In this document: piece after piece, positions 1 to 11,530 of the stretch
How the letters are laid out: every line of letters starts with the position of its first letter
Numbering within the stretch: position 1 is the first letter of the stretch
Assembly (NCBI RefSeq): GCF_030144855.1
Contig: NC_082731.1
Coordinates: forward strand, 26,102,001 to 26,166,000
DNA length: 64,000 bases
Reading direction: 5' to 3'
Source: Hypanus sabinus
Lineage: Eukaryota
Notes under the pieces: generated by a model
Databases searched by the model: none
What the model was told of the DNA's origin: nothing
What the model saw: only the letters and a program-made list of their open reading frames with translations
Made by a program: the position numbers and the translations under genes

Positions 1-950
1 ATTACCTAATTTGGTATTTTGTCAGGATATAAATTAAATTTTCATAAAAGTGAATTTTTTCCCATTAGTAATTATTCTGATTATTATGATCAAATACCCT
101 TTAATATTGCTAAAAATTATTTTGCCTATCTTGGTATTAAAATTACTAAAAATTTTAAAGACATGTAAGTTTAATTTCCGTCCCCTAATCGAATATACAC
201 AACTAACGTTTTCCAAATGGTCGCCTATGGCGATGTCATTATCTGGTCGAATAAATGCTCTAAAAATGGTAGTTCTACCGAAATATTTATATACGTTTCA
301 GGCGGTTCCATCCTTTGTCCCGAAAACGTTCTTTGACAGAATAGATTCTATGATGTTGTCATACATTTTGAATACTAAAAGTTCTGGAGTGCAAAATGCT
401 TTACTGCAAAAATTAATCAAAGGGTGGACAGGCGTTAGCAAATTCTAAATTTTATTTTTGGGCAATTAATATTCGTTATATCACTTATTGGATTTACGGT
501 ATAGGTAATCAGGACTGTCCTTCATGGTTAGAATTGGAGGAGAACTCGGTAAGGGGGTTTCTTTTGTTTCTTTACTGGGAGCTCCTCTTCCTTTTTTGTT
601 CTCTATGATAGGTAGACATGTTTTAGTCTTATTATTAAACATACATTAAAAATCTGGTTTCAGTTTCGCAGATTTTTTGACTTAAATAACTTTGTTCTCT
701 CCATTTTAACGTTGTTTTAAAACATCAATTCTGGATAAGGCTTTTTTTAATGGAAAACTAAGCGGATAAAAACTGATTTAGATTTGTTTTTAGAGGATTA
801 TTTGATGTCCTTTTCGCAGTTAGTGGGTAGGTATGACAGACCTAATGCACATCTATTTAGGTACTTACAAATTAAGAAAGTTTACCTGATTTCTTCCCAA
901 ATTATCCATTTGTTAATTTATTGAATATGACGGATGCAATTTTTCATAGC
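1..950 (+). mobile_element. L1/Tx1-like LINE ORF2 fragment (decayed), cassette copy 1
   Basis: ORF 50-448 (LSGRINALKMVVLPKYLYTFQAVP...) is L1-clade post-RT sequence; near-identical to 14970-15915 and 29630-30560. Confidence 0.85.
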
Positions 951-2734
951 ATTGATCGAGGCATGCTGGTTCCGCTAGGGCTTGCTCTGCTTATATAAGA
1001 ATGATAAATCCTACCACACTATTTGAAGTAGTCATTAAGCCGTGTTCCCTGTTAAGCAGGAACGGTTGATGCAAAGGGAGACCCTGCCTTAGAAAGGAAA
1101 ATACGATTTTGAGGCAAGACGATGGTGTGGGTAGAGTAGTGGATGCTGTCTACGTGTACATCAATAAAAGCCTGGTGGCAAACTGATCCAAAAGATTAAG
1201 GCACATTGGATCCATAGACACTTGATAGATTGGATGTAAAATTGTCTTGGCTATGCAAGACAGACTGTAGTGATTTAGAAGAAGTCCGGCAGGTGCTGAT
1301 TCGCCAGGAACGGCGCGAAAATCTCAACTGTTTCTGCTATGTATAAGTCTTTAGAGAAACTTGTAAAGTCGCTGATTAGGTTTGCCGACAATGGGCATAA
1401 CAGTGAATAACGCAGAGGTCTGTAAAAGTGACACAGGAAGACATAGAGAAATTCGGTCGAGAATTTCGAGATTAAGGTTTAATCGGCACAAGCGTGAGGC
1501 ATTGCATTTCTGCCGAAAAATGCAAGAGGAAATGTCACGATAAATAGCAGAAACAGAGCCGGCATTGCGGTGCAGTGTGTCTGTTTTTGGCCAACGTCTC
1601 GAATGTGTCCCTGGTGTGGTTCAGGATCCTCATTTCTGCCGATACGGAGCCTCAAAGTTGGAATGATGACACCCTGGCTAGATATAGTTTGTACATTCGG
1701 AAAACCAACTTTGCTCTTGATCACGACGGTGTTCAGGGTTTCATTAATCGCGACTGCAGCGTTCTCTCAGATTTCACTCGTGTCAGTCATGCAATTCCTG
1801 GCTGGAGAATCAGGAATACCGTCGCACACGGGTACTGATTTCTTATTCTTATTTCAAAAAATAAAATTTTTGAACAGTTCGTAACCCTGTACGAACCACC
1901 AGATCCTTGAGTATCAGAGGGATCTGCCCTTTGAGCTCTTGCTCATCGGTCACCTTGCCAAGAAGCAAAGCACATGTTCTGAATCCAGCCAATAGTGATC
2001 TTCGAGTCACTGAAGGTGCAAGCCTCCAAGCTCTACGACAACATTGTGGTCTTTTTAAAGGGAAAAATAACGTTCAGCTTTTTTTTATTACTGCCATGAT
2101 GGGAATGATGTTTCAGGTGGACATAAAAGATTTGAAACTTTCTGCAATGTCTATCCCAACATTGATCCCTCAAACAGCATCACATAATGTCTAATCTCTG
2201 TAGATGCAACTGATTTTGCCAGAGTGGATGCTATATGTAACTTGCGACCAACCCTCCTTCAGTGACAACACTGGTTCTACTTCAAAAAGTACATCATTGT
2301 CTCAAGATTATCTGCAGTATGGATGCCCTCACTCGTGCGTTTCCTTTAAATGTCGACCGATTTAGCACTGCTTGCCTGCTACCCTGCAGGGGCTGGGGGA
2401 AAGTGAGGTCGGGTGTGTAATGTTACCAGCAACAACAATATTCCCTGCTGTTTGTTTTGTCACCTGAGATCCCTGCACCGATGGTTTTGTTCCTCTCAAC
2501 GGCTAAAACAGGTCAAAGAGTTTTCAAACACCGGTGATGGAAGACGTGCCAATGTATTGCGGCTGAAATTCATGTTGTCAAATCACTGATAGAATCATCT
2601 TATCAGAAGATATTACCTCTATTTGCACGCTTAATATTGATTCTCATTCTATGGGTGCAGATAGAAAACTTTATAGCAATTCTTATTTTTCTGCTTATTA
2701 CATTTCCCAGTCGACTAGAGCACTCATTCCCTGT

Positions 2735-2990
2735 CACTCAGAGAGATATCTGTCCACTAAATAGTGTATCTCAGACTCCGTCTCTCGGGACCTGTCAGTC
2801 GCTTTCTCTAGTTGGGCACCAGCCCACTGACTAGAATCTTCCAGTTCCAGTCTCTCAGGAGAATCTCTGTCCACTGACTAATATCTCAAACTTCCGGTCT
2901 CACAGGGTGATGGTTTTTTCCCACTGGCTGTTGTCTCCCAGCCCCTGCCTTTCAGAGGGAAACCTGTCCACTGACTTGTATTTCTCATTC
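2735..2990. repeat. Decayed ~40-bp minisatellite (TGTCCACTGAC core) upstream of V promoter
   Basis: Repeated ctgtccact(g/a)a...tctc units; related arrays at ~16050-16140 and ~39760-40080. Confidence 0.6.
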
Positions 2991-3144
2991 GTTCTCGCTG
3001 GGGTCCTCTGCGCTTCTGTTTGTACAAACTGTTTATCACCGAAAATGATGAGTGTGACAGATCTTCAATCCGGATTTAGTCACTGCCGCTGGCCTGTCTC
3101 CTGTACAGAAACGAATGTGTTTTGGAAAACTGAAATCTCTGCTG

Positions 3145-3177
3145 GGGGCGGGGACAGGAAATTCTGTCTCTGGTTTT
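3145..3177 (+). promoter_or_regulatory. Conserved V-promoter block (GC-rich + ACAGGAA ETS-like core + CTCTGGTTT)
   Basis: Same block lies ~125-160 bp upstream of the leader ATG of all five V segments (also ~8719, ~16305, ~25983, ~40222). Confidence 0.55.
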
Positions 3178-3300
3178 ATTGTGTGGCAGTCTTTACAAGC
3201 TGAGGCTCCTCCTCTCACTGGCAGTCTCCGTCTGTATTTCAACCGCGCTCTCGGCTTCTCGCGAAAAATCCGGTCTCAACTAAAGCTGCTGATGTCAAAA

Positions 3301-3784
3301 ATGTTAAAGTCCGAATCAGTGCTCAGCGCGATAGGGACCATTCCTTATTTCTGTCTTCTCCTGCTTTGCCTTCCAGGTGTCTGTCACGCAATTTATTATC
3401 TACCCGAGGATGGCGGTTTCTCCGAGGCTCTGTGAGTCTATGCTTGTGAAACAATTTAATTAATTCTGCTCTTCTTTTTTCGACAGGCGTGCAGTCCGAT
3501 ATTCTGCTGAAAAAACCGGAGTCAGCTGTGGTAAAGCTTGGACAATCCCACAAATTGAACTGTGCAGTCAGTGGGATCAGCCTTAGCAACTCTGACATGT
3601 ACTGGGTGAAACAGGTCTCCGGGAAAGGGCTGGAATGGCTGGCCGCTGTATGGGGCGGCGGTGGCAAGAAGTACGCGCCTGGAGTCGAAGGCCGATTCGA
3701 GGTTGCCAAGGACAGCAGCACCGTTTATCTTCAAATGAACAACCTGAGACTGGACGACGCGGCCACCTATTACTGTGCGGGAGA
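3301..3784 (+). CDS. Intact IgH-like (IgW-type) V segment A1: leader exon 3301-3376 (alternative ATG 3292), intron 3377-3486, V exon 3487-3784
   Basis: DILLKKPESAVVKLGQSHKLNC...WVKQVSGKGLEWL...[19 protein letters not shown] with both Cys and the Trp; GT/AG phase-1 leader intron; IgW assignment from WVKQ/DSSTVYLQM motifs (recalled, not searched). Confidence 0.9.
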
Positions 3785-3823
3785 CACAGGGAGAGAAATC
3801 GGGAGTCGACCGGGACAAAAACC
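3785..3823 (+). other. 23-spacer RSS of V A1
   Basis: CACAGGG + 23 nt + ACAAAAACC. Confidence 0.93.
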
Positions 3824-4849
3824 AAGCGAAAGCGCCGACCAGTAAGGCGCAGATGGAAAGGTCAGCTGTCTCCCGATCGTTCTGTGCTACATCCGCTCCT
3901 CCTGATGGGTGAGGTGATGGCGTTTGGGGAGGAATAACTTTAGAGTTGGCGAGGCAGTAGATGAGTGGTGTAGAAATACTACGGCAGAGAATTGAAGGCA
4001 CAATGCCTTCATAAATTCCAGGCATCCTTGCATTGGCGGATGGGGTTTGGGAGTAGTACAGATGGTGAGGTGAGGGCACTAACGGTTTTTGATTAATGTT
4101 ATTGATCTGGAATACATTGCCTGAATGATCGTGATATCGAATAGTGAGTGCAGAGGTGGTACTGGAGGAGTTTTGACATTCCTAAGGGTACAAGGAAGAG
4201 CAGAGAGCCAATGGGTTTATTCAGTTTGCTCAGCTAAAGGGAAGCCCAGACCGTATCGGATGAATGGCCTCAAGCTGTCTTTCAATAGAATCAGTATTTA
4301 GCTTGTAAATCTGGGGAATTCTTCCTCAAAGAGATTCCATCAAGCATTCCAGAGTACACAGAACAGATTACAACTCCCATGTCTCGTCCTGGCAGCTACG
4401 AATTAGAGAGAAAGCTCCTTCTACACTGTCCAATTCTTCCCAGGCAAGGTGCATTGGAGCATATACTTCCCTTAACCTGTCCCATCACATAGTCTCGGAA
4501 CATAATTTGAACTTTACTGTTCAAAAGAACTGTTTACTCTCAGGTGACAGACGGAGCAAAAGCTCTTGTATCTTGCCTTCCTCGATCGTGACTGTTTTTT
4601 TTTAGTGATTGACACATAAACTAGTATTACTGGTGATTCGGTAAAAGAGTTGTGAGATACAGTCCTGACATTTACAGAGTACCTTACATTGTGCCCCGAG
4701 CACTCCAGGGGCAATGACGTAGTTGTAAAATACAACTCTGTTATAGTGAATGGAATATGGAACCATTCTGCACACAACAAAATCCATGAACGTTGACGTG
4801 ATGACAATCAGATAACGTACCCGTGTGATGGTTTCGAAGGAGAAATCTT

Positions 4850-5950
4850 GTCCAGGGCACTATGGATAGAGTGATCCAATGGGCAGACAGAATGTTGGAT
4901 TCAGAGTGGTGGAGAATATGGCAAAACATGAAATCAGATGATAGCACGGAGGGAGGGAAGAAAAATCCACGGATACGACCAAAACAGAAGTAACAAATTT
5001 AAACTTAGGCCATAATGATCCGCAACGCATTTCGATCTGCGGTCAGATTTCCAATTTGTATTTATTTTTAAATCTAGCCATCAGTAATAATTTCCTGTCA
5101 GAATTAGTGACGTCCTTCAGGAAAGAGATCTCACATCCTTAGCCTCAGAGTCTCTTTATGACTCCTGACCCATCAACGTGATTGCCTATAAACGCCCTCG
5201 GAAAGATGACTCAGGTGGACTCATTCTAACTTTAACGGCACAGCCCAGAGCCCAAAAGATCAATAACTAAAATTGCCCATCTGTTCGTCAAGCTACCCGA
5301 GGCTCCATCAAATTAATACAGTTCAGACATCAATCAGACAGAATCTCATCCGATCCGGTGTTTCACCCTCCATTATTTTATTCAAATACCCGAATGTTAT
5401 TTCGTTGCAAGTTTCTTTAAAGCTGACACACGCTCCTCCAGTTCCCCACCCCCTTTAGCCCAGCTCTCGACCGTCAGTTTCATCGGTGTTTTTGTGAAGT
5501 GCGAGGAACTGTTCGTGACAAAACTGCCGTTTCCAGGATGTAGGATCTCTTTGGCAACAAATCTGCCTGCTGGCGTTATTCTCCGTCCTGCACTGCCAGC
5601 TCTGAGCAGCTCAGGAAACATTTGTGGTTCGAGAAATAGAGTTACTGGTTTATATCAACGCCCTTTCACCAAATCCTGTCAGTCTGATATGTGACAACGA
5701 GACTATATCCAGTTTTATTTTACCGTATTTATTTTGATGAAGCCAACTTGCTTTTCTTTGACTGCTACAAAACCAAAACATCACAGGGCCATTCCCAACT
5801 CAGCCAATACGTCTCCAGTATGCCACTTGATCTGGGGGGGTCACTTTCATTTTTTTACACATGTCAGGGCTGTTGGCGTTCAGCTGAACCCCGCCACCGT
5901 ACCTAGAGGACCGGTGGATCGCTCTTGGCGCTGATTTTGGGGGTTATGAG
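4850..5950. repeat. Locus-specific ancient repeated segment, copy 1 of 4
   Basis: Similar to ~18130-19250 (close) and to ~31110-32800 and ~44630-45700 (diverged); e.g. the ggattcagag...tgg and cccatcaa...ctcag...tcattctaac motifs recur. Confidence 0.6.
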
Positions 5951-6059
5951 CAGTTCTCCTCATTTTAGGAAGGAGGTGATGTTTATGATCTGGTAGGAAG
6001 TGTGTCACTTCTATGTTATACGTAACGAATACTTTGCTTCATTATTCTCGACGGAATTT

Positions 6060-7740
6060 TTTTTTGCGATTTTAGGGATGACTTACAGTAGATTGAAAAG
6101 ATTAAGCATATTGATATAAAGAAAGAGGATGTGCTGGAGCATTCAGAAAGCATTGTTGGACAATTCTCCGGGATTGGATGAGATATACCCAGGCTACTGT
6201 GTGAAGCCAGAAAAGAATTGCTGAGCCTCTGTCAATAATCTTTGCAGAAACAGTGAGTATTTAAGAGGTTTCGAAGGATTGAAGGGTTGCAGATGTTGTT
6301 ACCTTATTCATGAAAGGGAGTAAATATAGCCCAGGAAATTATAGCCAAGTGAATATTACTTCAGTGGTTGGTAAGTTGATGGAGAACATCCTGATAGGAA
6401 GAATTTATGAACATTTGGAGAGGCTTAATAAGATTAGGAATAGTCATCATGTTGTTTTGTTTTTCAAAGGCAAGGTGTACCTTACGAGCCTGATTGGTAT
6501 TTTGGGGGTTGTGACTAAACACATTGATGAAGGTAGATTAGCAGATGTGGTGTATATGGATTTCAGCAAGTCACTTGATAAGGGTCCCCATGCAAGGCTT
6601 ATTGAGAAAGTAAGGTGGCATGTGATCCAAGGGGAACATACTTGGTGGATCCAGAATTGGCTTGCCGACAGTTCGCGAAGAGTGGTTGCAGACCGATAAT
6701 AAACTGTATGGAGGTCGGTAACAAGTGAAATGTCTCCGTGATCTGTTCTGGGAAGCCTACAACATGATTTTTGCAAATGACCTGAATGAGGAAGAGGAGA
6801 GATGGGTTAACAAATTTGCTGCTGACGCAAAAATTCGGGGAGCTATGGATATCCTGACAGGATGTCAAATGTTAGAGCGGAACATAGATAGGATGCAAAA
6901 CTGGGCTGAGAAATGTCCGATGGAGTTCAGCCCAGACATGTGCGTGGAGGTTCATTTTGGTAGGTCAAATATTATGGCAGAATATAGAATTAAAACTCTT
7001 AGATTTTGGAGAATCAAAGGGATCATGTGGTCTGCGTCGATAGATCCCTCAATTCTGCTGCGCAGTCTGATTCTGTGGTTAAGAATGCATACGATACATT
7101 GGCCTTCATTAACCGTGGGATTGAGTTTAAGAACCGAGAGATAATGTTACAGCTGTATAGGACACAGGTCAGATTCCAACTGCAGTACTGCGCTCTGTTC
7201 TGGTCGCCCAACTAAAGGAAGAATGCGGAAACTCTAGAGAGAGTGCAGAGGAAATTTAGAAGTATGCTTCATGAATTGGGGAGCATGCATTATAGGAATA
7301 GTTTGAGTGAACTCGGACTTTTCTCCTTGGAGCGGAATAAAATTAGAAGTGAGCTGATTAAAGTGTGTAAGCTGATGAGACGCATTTATCATGTGGATAG
7401 TCAGAGGCTTTTTCCCAGGGATGAAATGGCTAGCACGAGAGGGCACGGTTTTAATGTGCTTGGAAGTAGGTACAGACGAGATGTCATGGGTAAGTTGTTT
7501 TTTACTCAGAGTGTGGTTAGTGTGTGGAATGGGCTGCCGGCAACAGTGGTGGAGGCTGATTCGATAAAGCTTTTTTAAAGAAACTCGTGGATAGGTACGT
7601 AGAGCTTAGAAAATTAGAGTACTATGGGTAACCATGAGTAATTTCTAAAGTGCGTGCATATTCGGCACAGCATTGTCGCCCTAAGGGAATGTGTTGTGCT
7701 GCAGGTTTTCCATGTTTCTATGTCTATGTTTCTGTGCTAC
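6060..7740 (+). mobile_element. CR1 LINE RT/3' fragment (cassette copy 1)
   Basis: ORFs 6310-6699, 6725-7144 and 7243-7578 carry CR1 motifs (SVVGKLME, DVVYMDFSK, KFAAD, TRGH); paralog at 22385-24075. Confidence 0.9.
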
Positions 7741-8865
7741 CTGGATTGGCTTGTATGATATACGAGGGGAATTTAAACAAACAAGGAAGGTATGATTTTA
7801 GCACTAAAGCCGACCTGCTGAAATACATAATATCAAAGAACTTAATAGGGACGATAATCAGTGTCTGAGATGAAAGAAAGAATTCCAACTATAATACACG
7901 AGAAAGTATAAAATGCGAAGTCTGAAAGTACCTTGAACTACAGCAAACATTGTGGAAGCTGATACGATTGCAACATCCGAAGCCCTCCATTTCAGGCAAC
8001 AGGTGAAATCTATGGTCCACTCCTGGCAAATCCAGAATCACTCACCCATGTAGTTAATATTTGCCTTGCCTAATGACTACACCCTCGTGTTCGATGGTAC
8101 AAATTCTACCTTCCAAATCACCCTCTGTAAACATGAGTATATTCAAATGTCAGCTGCCTGTGTCATCATTTCGAGACCCTACATGCTGACCAACATTGGT
8201 CCTGGCATGGCGATAACTGGATAACCGCATACTGTATATACCCCATGCTCAAAGCAGTATCATTAGCTTCTGCATTTTTCCCAATTTCATCACAAAACCA
8301 TAACCGTTGGTTCCACCCACTTTGACCCCTCTTGACTTTGCCGCTCTAGCGAACGTATTGATTCCGGCCTATTAAGAAAGGAAAATAATCGCTCTTGAAA
8401 AACAGACTTTGGTATATTGGTGGAAGACGTATTACTTGACGGAATCCAAAGAGGCACAAAGAGAACTGAAAGCTGTACACAGAGACTGTATCTGACATCA
8501 TGAACGAAATCCGGTTGTTGGAACTGTAAGTTAACATTAGTACAAGCTGCACGGCTCTGCTGTAATTTTATTCTCTCGAAAAACAATCACAGTTCATGGC
8601 ACTCATCGAAACAAGTTGGCTCCGATACCGCTTGTTGGCATTATATAAAAATGATACATCTTATCCGGTACAGAGACGAACAGCTTTCGGAAAATTGAAA
8701 TCTCTGCAGGGAGCGCGTACAGGAAGCTGCGCCTCTGGTTTCAGTGGGCTGGAGCCTATTCAAGCCGCGGCTCCTTCTCACACTCACAGCCCACGCCTGT
8801 ATTTGAACTGCGCTCTCGGTGGCACGCCATAAATACGATCTCAGCTGAAGCCGCTGATCTCAAAA

Positions 8866-9374
8866 ATGACCAAGTCGGATTCAGTGCTCAGCCCGATAAG
8901 GGGCATTTCTTTTCACTGCCTCCTCCTGCTTTGCCTTGCAGATGTCATGTCCCGCAATTTATCATCTATCCGAGGCCGAATATTTTTCGCAAATTTTGTG
9001 AATCTATGTTTTAGAACATTTTATCAATTTCAGATCTTTTTTAATTGACAGGCGTGAATTCTTATATCCTGCAGCCCCTGTCAGCGATGGCTAAGACCAG
9101 GCAGTCCCACACACAGACCTGTGCAGCTACTGACTTCAGTCTTAGAAGATATGTCATACATTAGCCAGTCTCCGGAAATGCGCTGCAGTGTCTAGCGGTT
9201 GTGTGGGGAGGCAGCAGGACGTACTATGAACCGGAGTCAATGGACGATTCGAGGTTTTCAATGGTAGCAACACTGTTTATCTGCAAATGAACAACCTGAG
9301 TCTGGACGACACGCACGCTTATTACTGTGCGAGAGCGTAGTGAGAGAGATCGACAGTGGACCGGGATAAAAACC
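8866..9374 (+). pseudogene. IgH-like V pseudogene B1 with dead 23-RSS
   Basis: Leader MTKSDSVLSPIRGISFHCLLLLCLA; donor GT>AT; conserved Trp codon is TAG; frameshifts; ends YYCAR at 9335; RSS CGTAGTG-23-ATAAAAACC. Confidence 0.88.
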
Positions 9375-9974
9375 AAGCAAATGAGCTTACATTACAGGCG
9401 CAGTGGAGAATTTCAGCAGTGATCGCCAGAGTTGTATCCCCGACTTTCTGGACACGTCCAGTCGTCCACAAAATGGAAGACGGATTGTCAGCGGTGATTC
9501 CTGAGAACAGATGCTGAACGGATGGACTCAGGGGCACACGGGAGATCTACAGACGGCAGCACGGAGACAATCGCAATGAGTCAGAATGGGGTCACCGATC
9601 GATCTTGTCAACTATCGGTCCTTCGTCTACATGTCACGGTAAACCGTGGGGGTATGCGGAGCATTAATGTTATGAGAAACATTGGTGTTCTGGTGCGGTT
9701 TGACTGAGGAGTGATGTGCTGAATGGGAGTGGGTACAAGTTCCACTAGAGATTGTCTGGAAGTGAAAGCAACCACATAAAAGCAGCTGGCAGTTGAGGCA
9801 CAGAGAAAGGTCCCGTTAGGTTATATCCTCTCCACTTCAGGACTGGTATAGCCGATATTGAAATCTGATGTGTGGGACACGAATGGCCAGAGGGAGGTAT
9901 TAAAAAATCAACTGGCCGTCTCTGCGTACCATTGAATTTCGCGGGGGAAGTTTGGTAGGGGATGTGACGAAGTC

Positions 9975-10038
9975 AGATTGTGACCTGCAGAAAAGCATTG
10001 TGATATGTCCCACAGAGATGGGGAGCTGTACAGAAACT
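9975..10038 (+). other. IgH D2-type D segment (ATATGTCC, 10003-10010) with 12/12 RSS
   Basis: AGATTGTGA-12-CATTGTG | D | CACAGAG-12-ACAGAAACT; aligns with the D at 27275 and with D2 at 41650. Confidence 0.75.
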
Positions 10039-10526
10039 GCTCCCGACAAATGGGCGTCTGCACCGCAGTCTGGCTCCACGAATTCCGCATTACTGACACC
10101 CAAAATCAAATCCCGGACGGCTGACTCATACTGCTATGACAAATGTCAAATGTCCATTTCTGGGGAAGTAAAAGCCCAAATGGATTCAAATCTGATTGTG
10201 TGGAATAATGGGAATGGGTGTCAGCGCACAGGAAAATTGTGAAAATGTCTCTCATTCACGGGCCAGGAAGGATCAAGTTAGGAGTTTCAGAATATCAACG
10301 ATAACAAAGGATTTATTAATTTGATTGAGGTTTTAGTTTTATTCCCTGATTTGTTATGAGGCTGGGTATTGTGAGAAAAGAAACTTTAGAGTTTGGAAGG
10401 CAGAGGGGACCTGGTGCAGGAATATTAAGCTTGCCAATTGAAGGAACCGTACATGTACCTGCTGATTATTTTCTACATACTGGTTTTGGCTAAATCTTCC
10501 CGATTCTGTTAAGTGTAACTACTCTA

Positions 10527-10890
10527 AGAGCCGGATCATTTTTAAATAATGGGAATTGAATTTTATGGGAAGAAAGACTACAATGAAGCATACAATTATT
10601 ACACAAAAGCAATAGACACCTGTCCTAAAACTGCCAGTTACTATAGTAATCTATCAGCTACTCTTATGATTATGGGTAAAGTCCGGGGAGCCCTTGAAGA
10701 TGCACAGCGAGCTGTGAGGTTGGTTGATACTTTCGGGAAGGGTTATCTGCGAGAGGCCAAATGTCATCTTTCCTTAGGGAATGCAATGGCCGCGAGCAAG
10801 TGTTTTTGTAAAGTACTGGAACTTGAAAGTGACAACACTCAGGCACTCACTGAGTTAAAGCATACAGACGTTGTATTGGAGTATGAATGA
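10527..10890 (+). pseudogene. DNAJC7: DNAJC7 (TPR2) processed pseudogene fragment, copy 1
   Basis: [27 protein letters not shown]...EDAQRAVRL...[17 protein letters not shown] matches the N-terminal TPRs of DNAJC7 (recognised from memory); intronless and truncated. Confidence 0.85.
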
Positions 10891-11530
10891 GTGGGTGAAA
10901 TATTCCTTCCAACGGTCCAGATTGCATTATTGGGTGGGGCGTAGGGAGTGGTGTAGGTGGCATGGGGAGGGAATCGTTCAAATAAATAATGTGCGATAGT
11001 GGAGAATTTAGTGGAATGTTTCTGATCTGGAATGCTTTGCCTAAATGATCGTTTTGTTCAGTAGTGGGTGCAGAGAGGAAACAGGAGCAGATCAGCCTTT
11101 CTTTTGGAGACAGGGAAGAGCAGAGAGAGACCAATCGGTTTATAGGATTTGCTCTGCTAAAGCAGCGAAATTCAGAAATGAACGGCCTCACTCCCTGCTC
11201 TATTCTTCAATTGAATTAGTATTGATCATGTAGGTCTGGAAAATTCTCCAGCAAAGTGACTCTAAGAAGCACCCCAGCGTACAAGGAGGATGAGTTACAT
11301 GGGGATTACAGCTTCCATATCGAGTCTTCATACCACGTATTAGATACAAAGAGTCTTCTGCACACTCATCTCAACTAGGAATGGGGCAGCAAAGCTTATA
11401 TGTGGAGTGAAGCTTTCCCTAACCTGCCCCATCACATACACAGCACATGAGTTTAAATTTACTGTTCAAATGAATTGTTCATAGATAGAACTTACTCTAT
11501 AATTTCTTGTCTTTCTCCAGCCCCAACCTG

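Noticed and set aside
3433-3438. Perfect GTGAGT donor inside the A1 leader intron
   Set aside because: Wrong phase for the acceptor at 3486 and would frameshift the V; the GTGTCT donor at 3377 matches the position used in V-C
4084-4125. GGTTTTTGA nonamer-like site after V A1 (also ~17257) as a D or J RSS
   Set aside because: No heptamer at 12 or 23 nt and no D/J coding sequence; the flank resembles decayed LINE 3' sequence also found at ~11030
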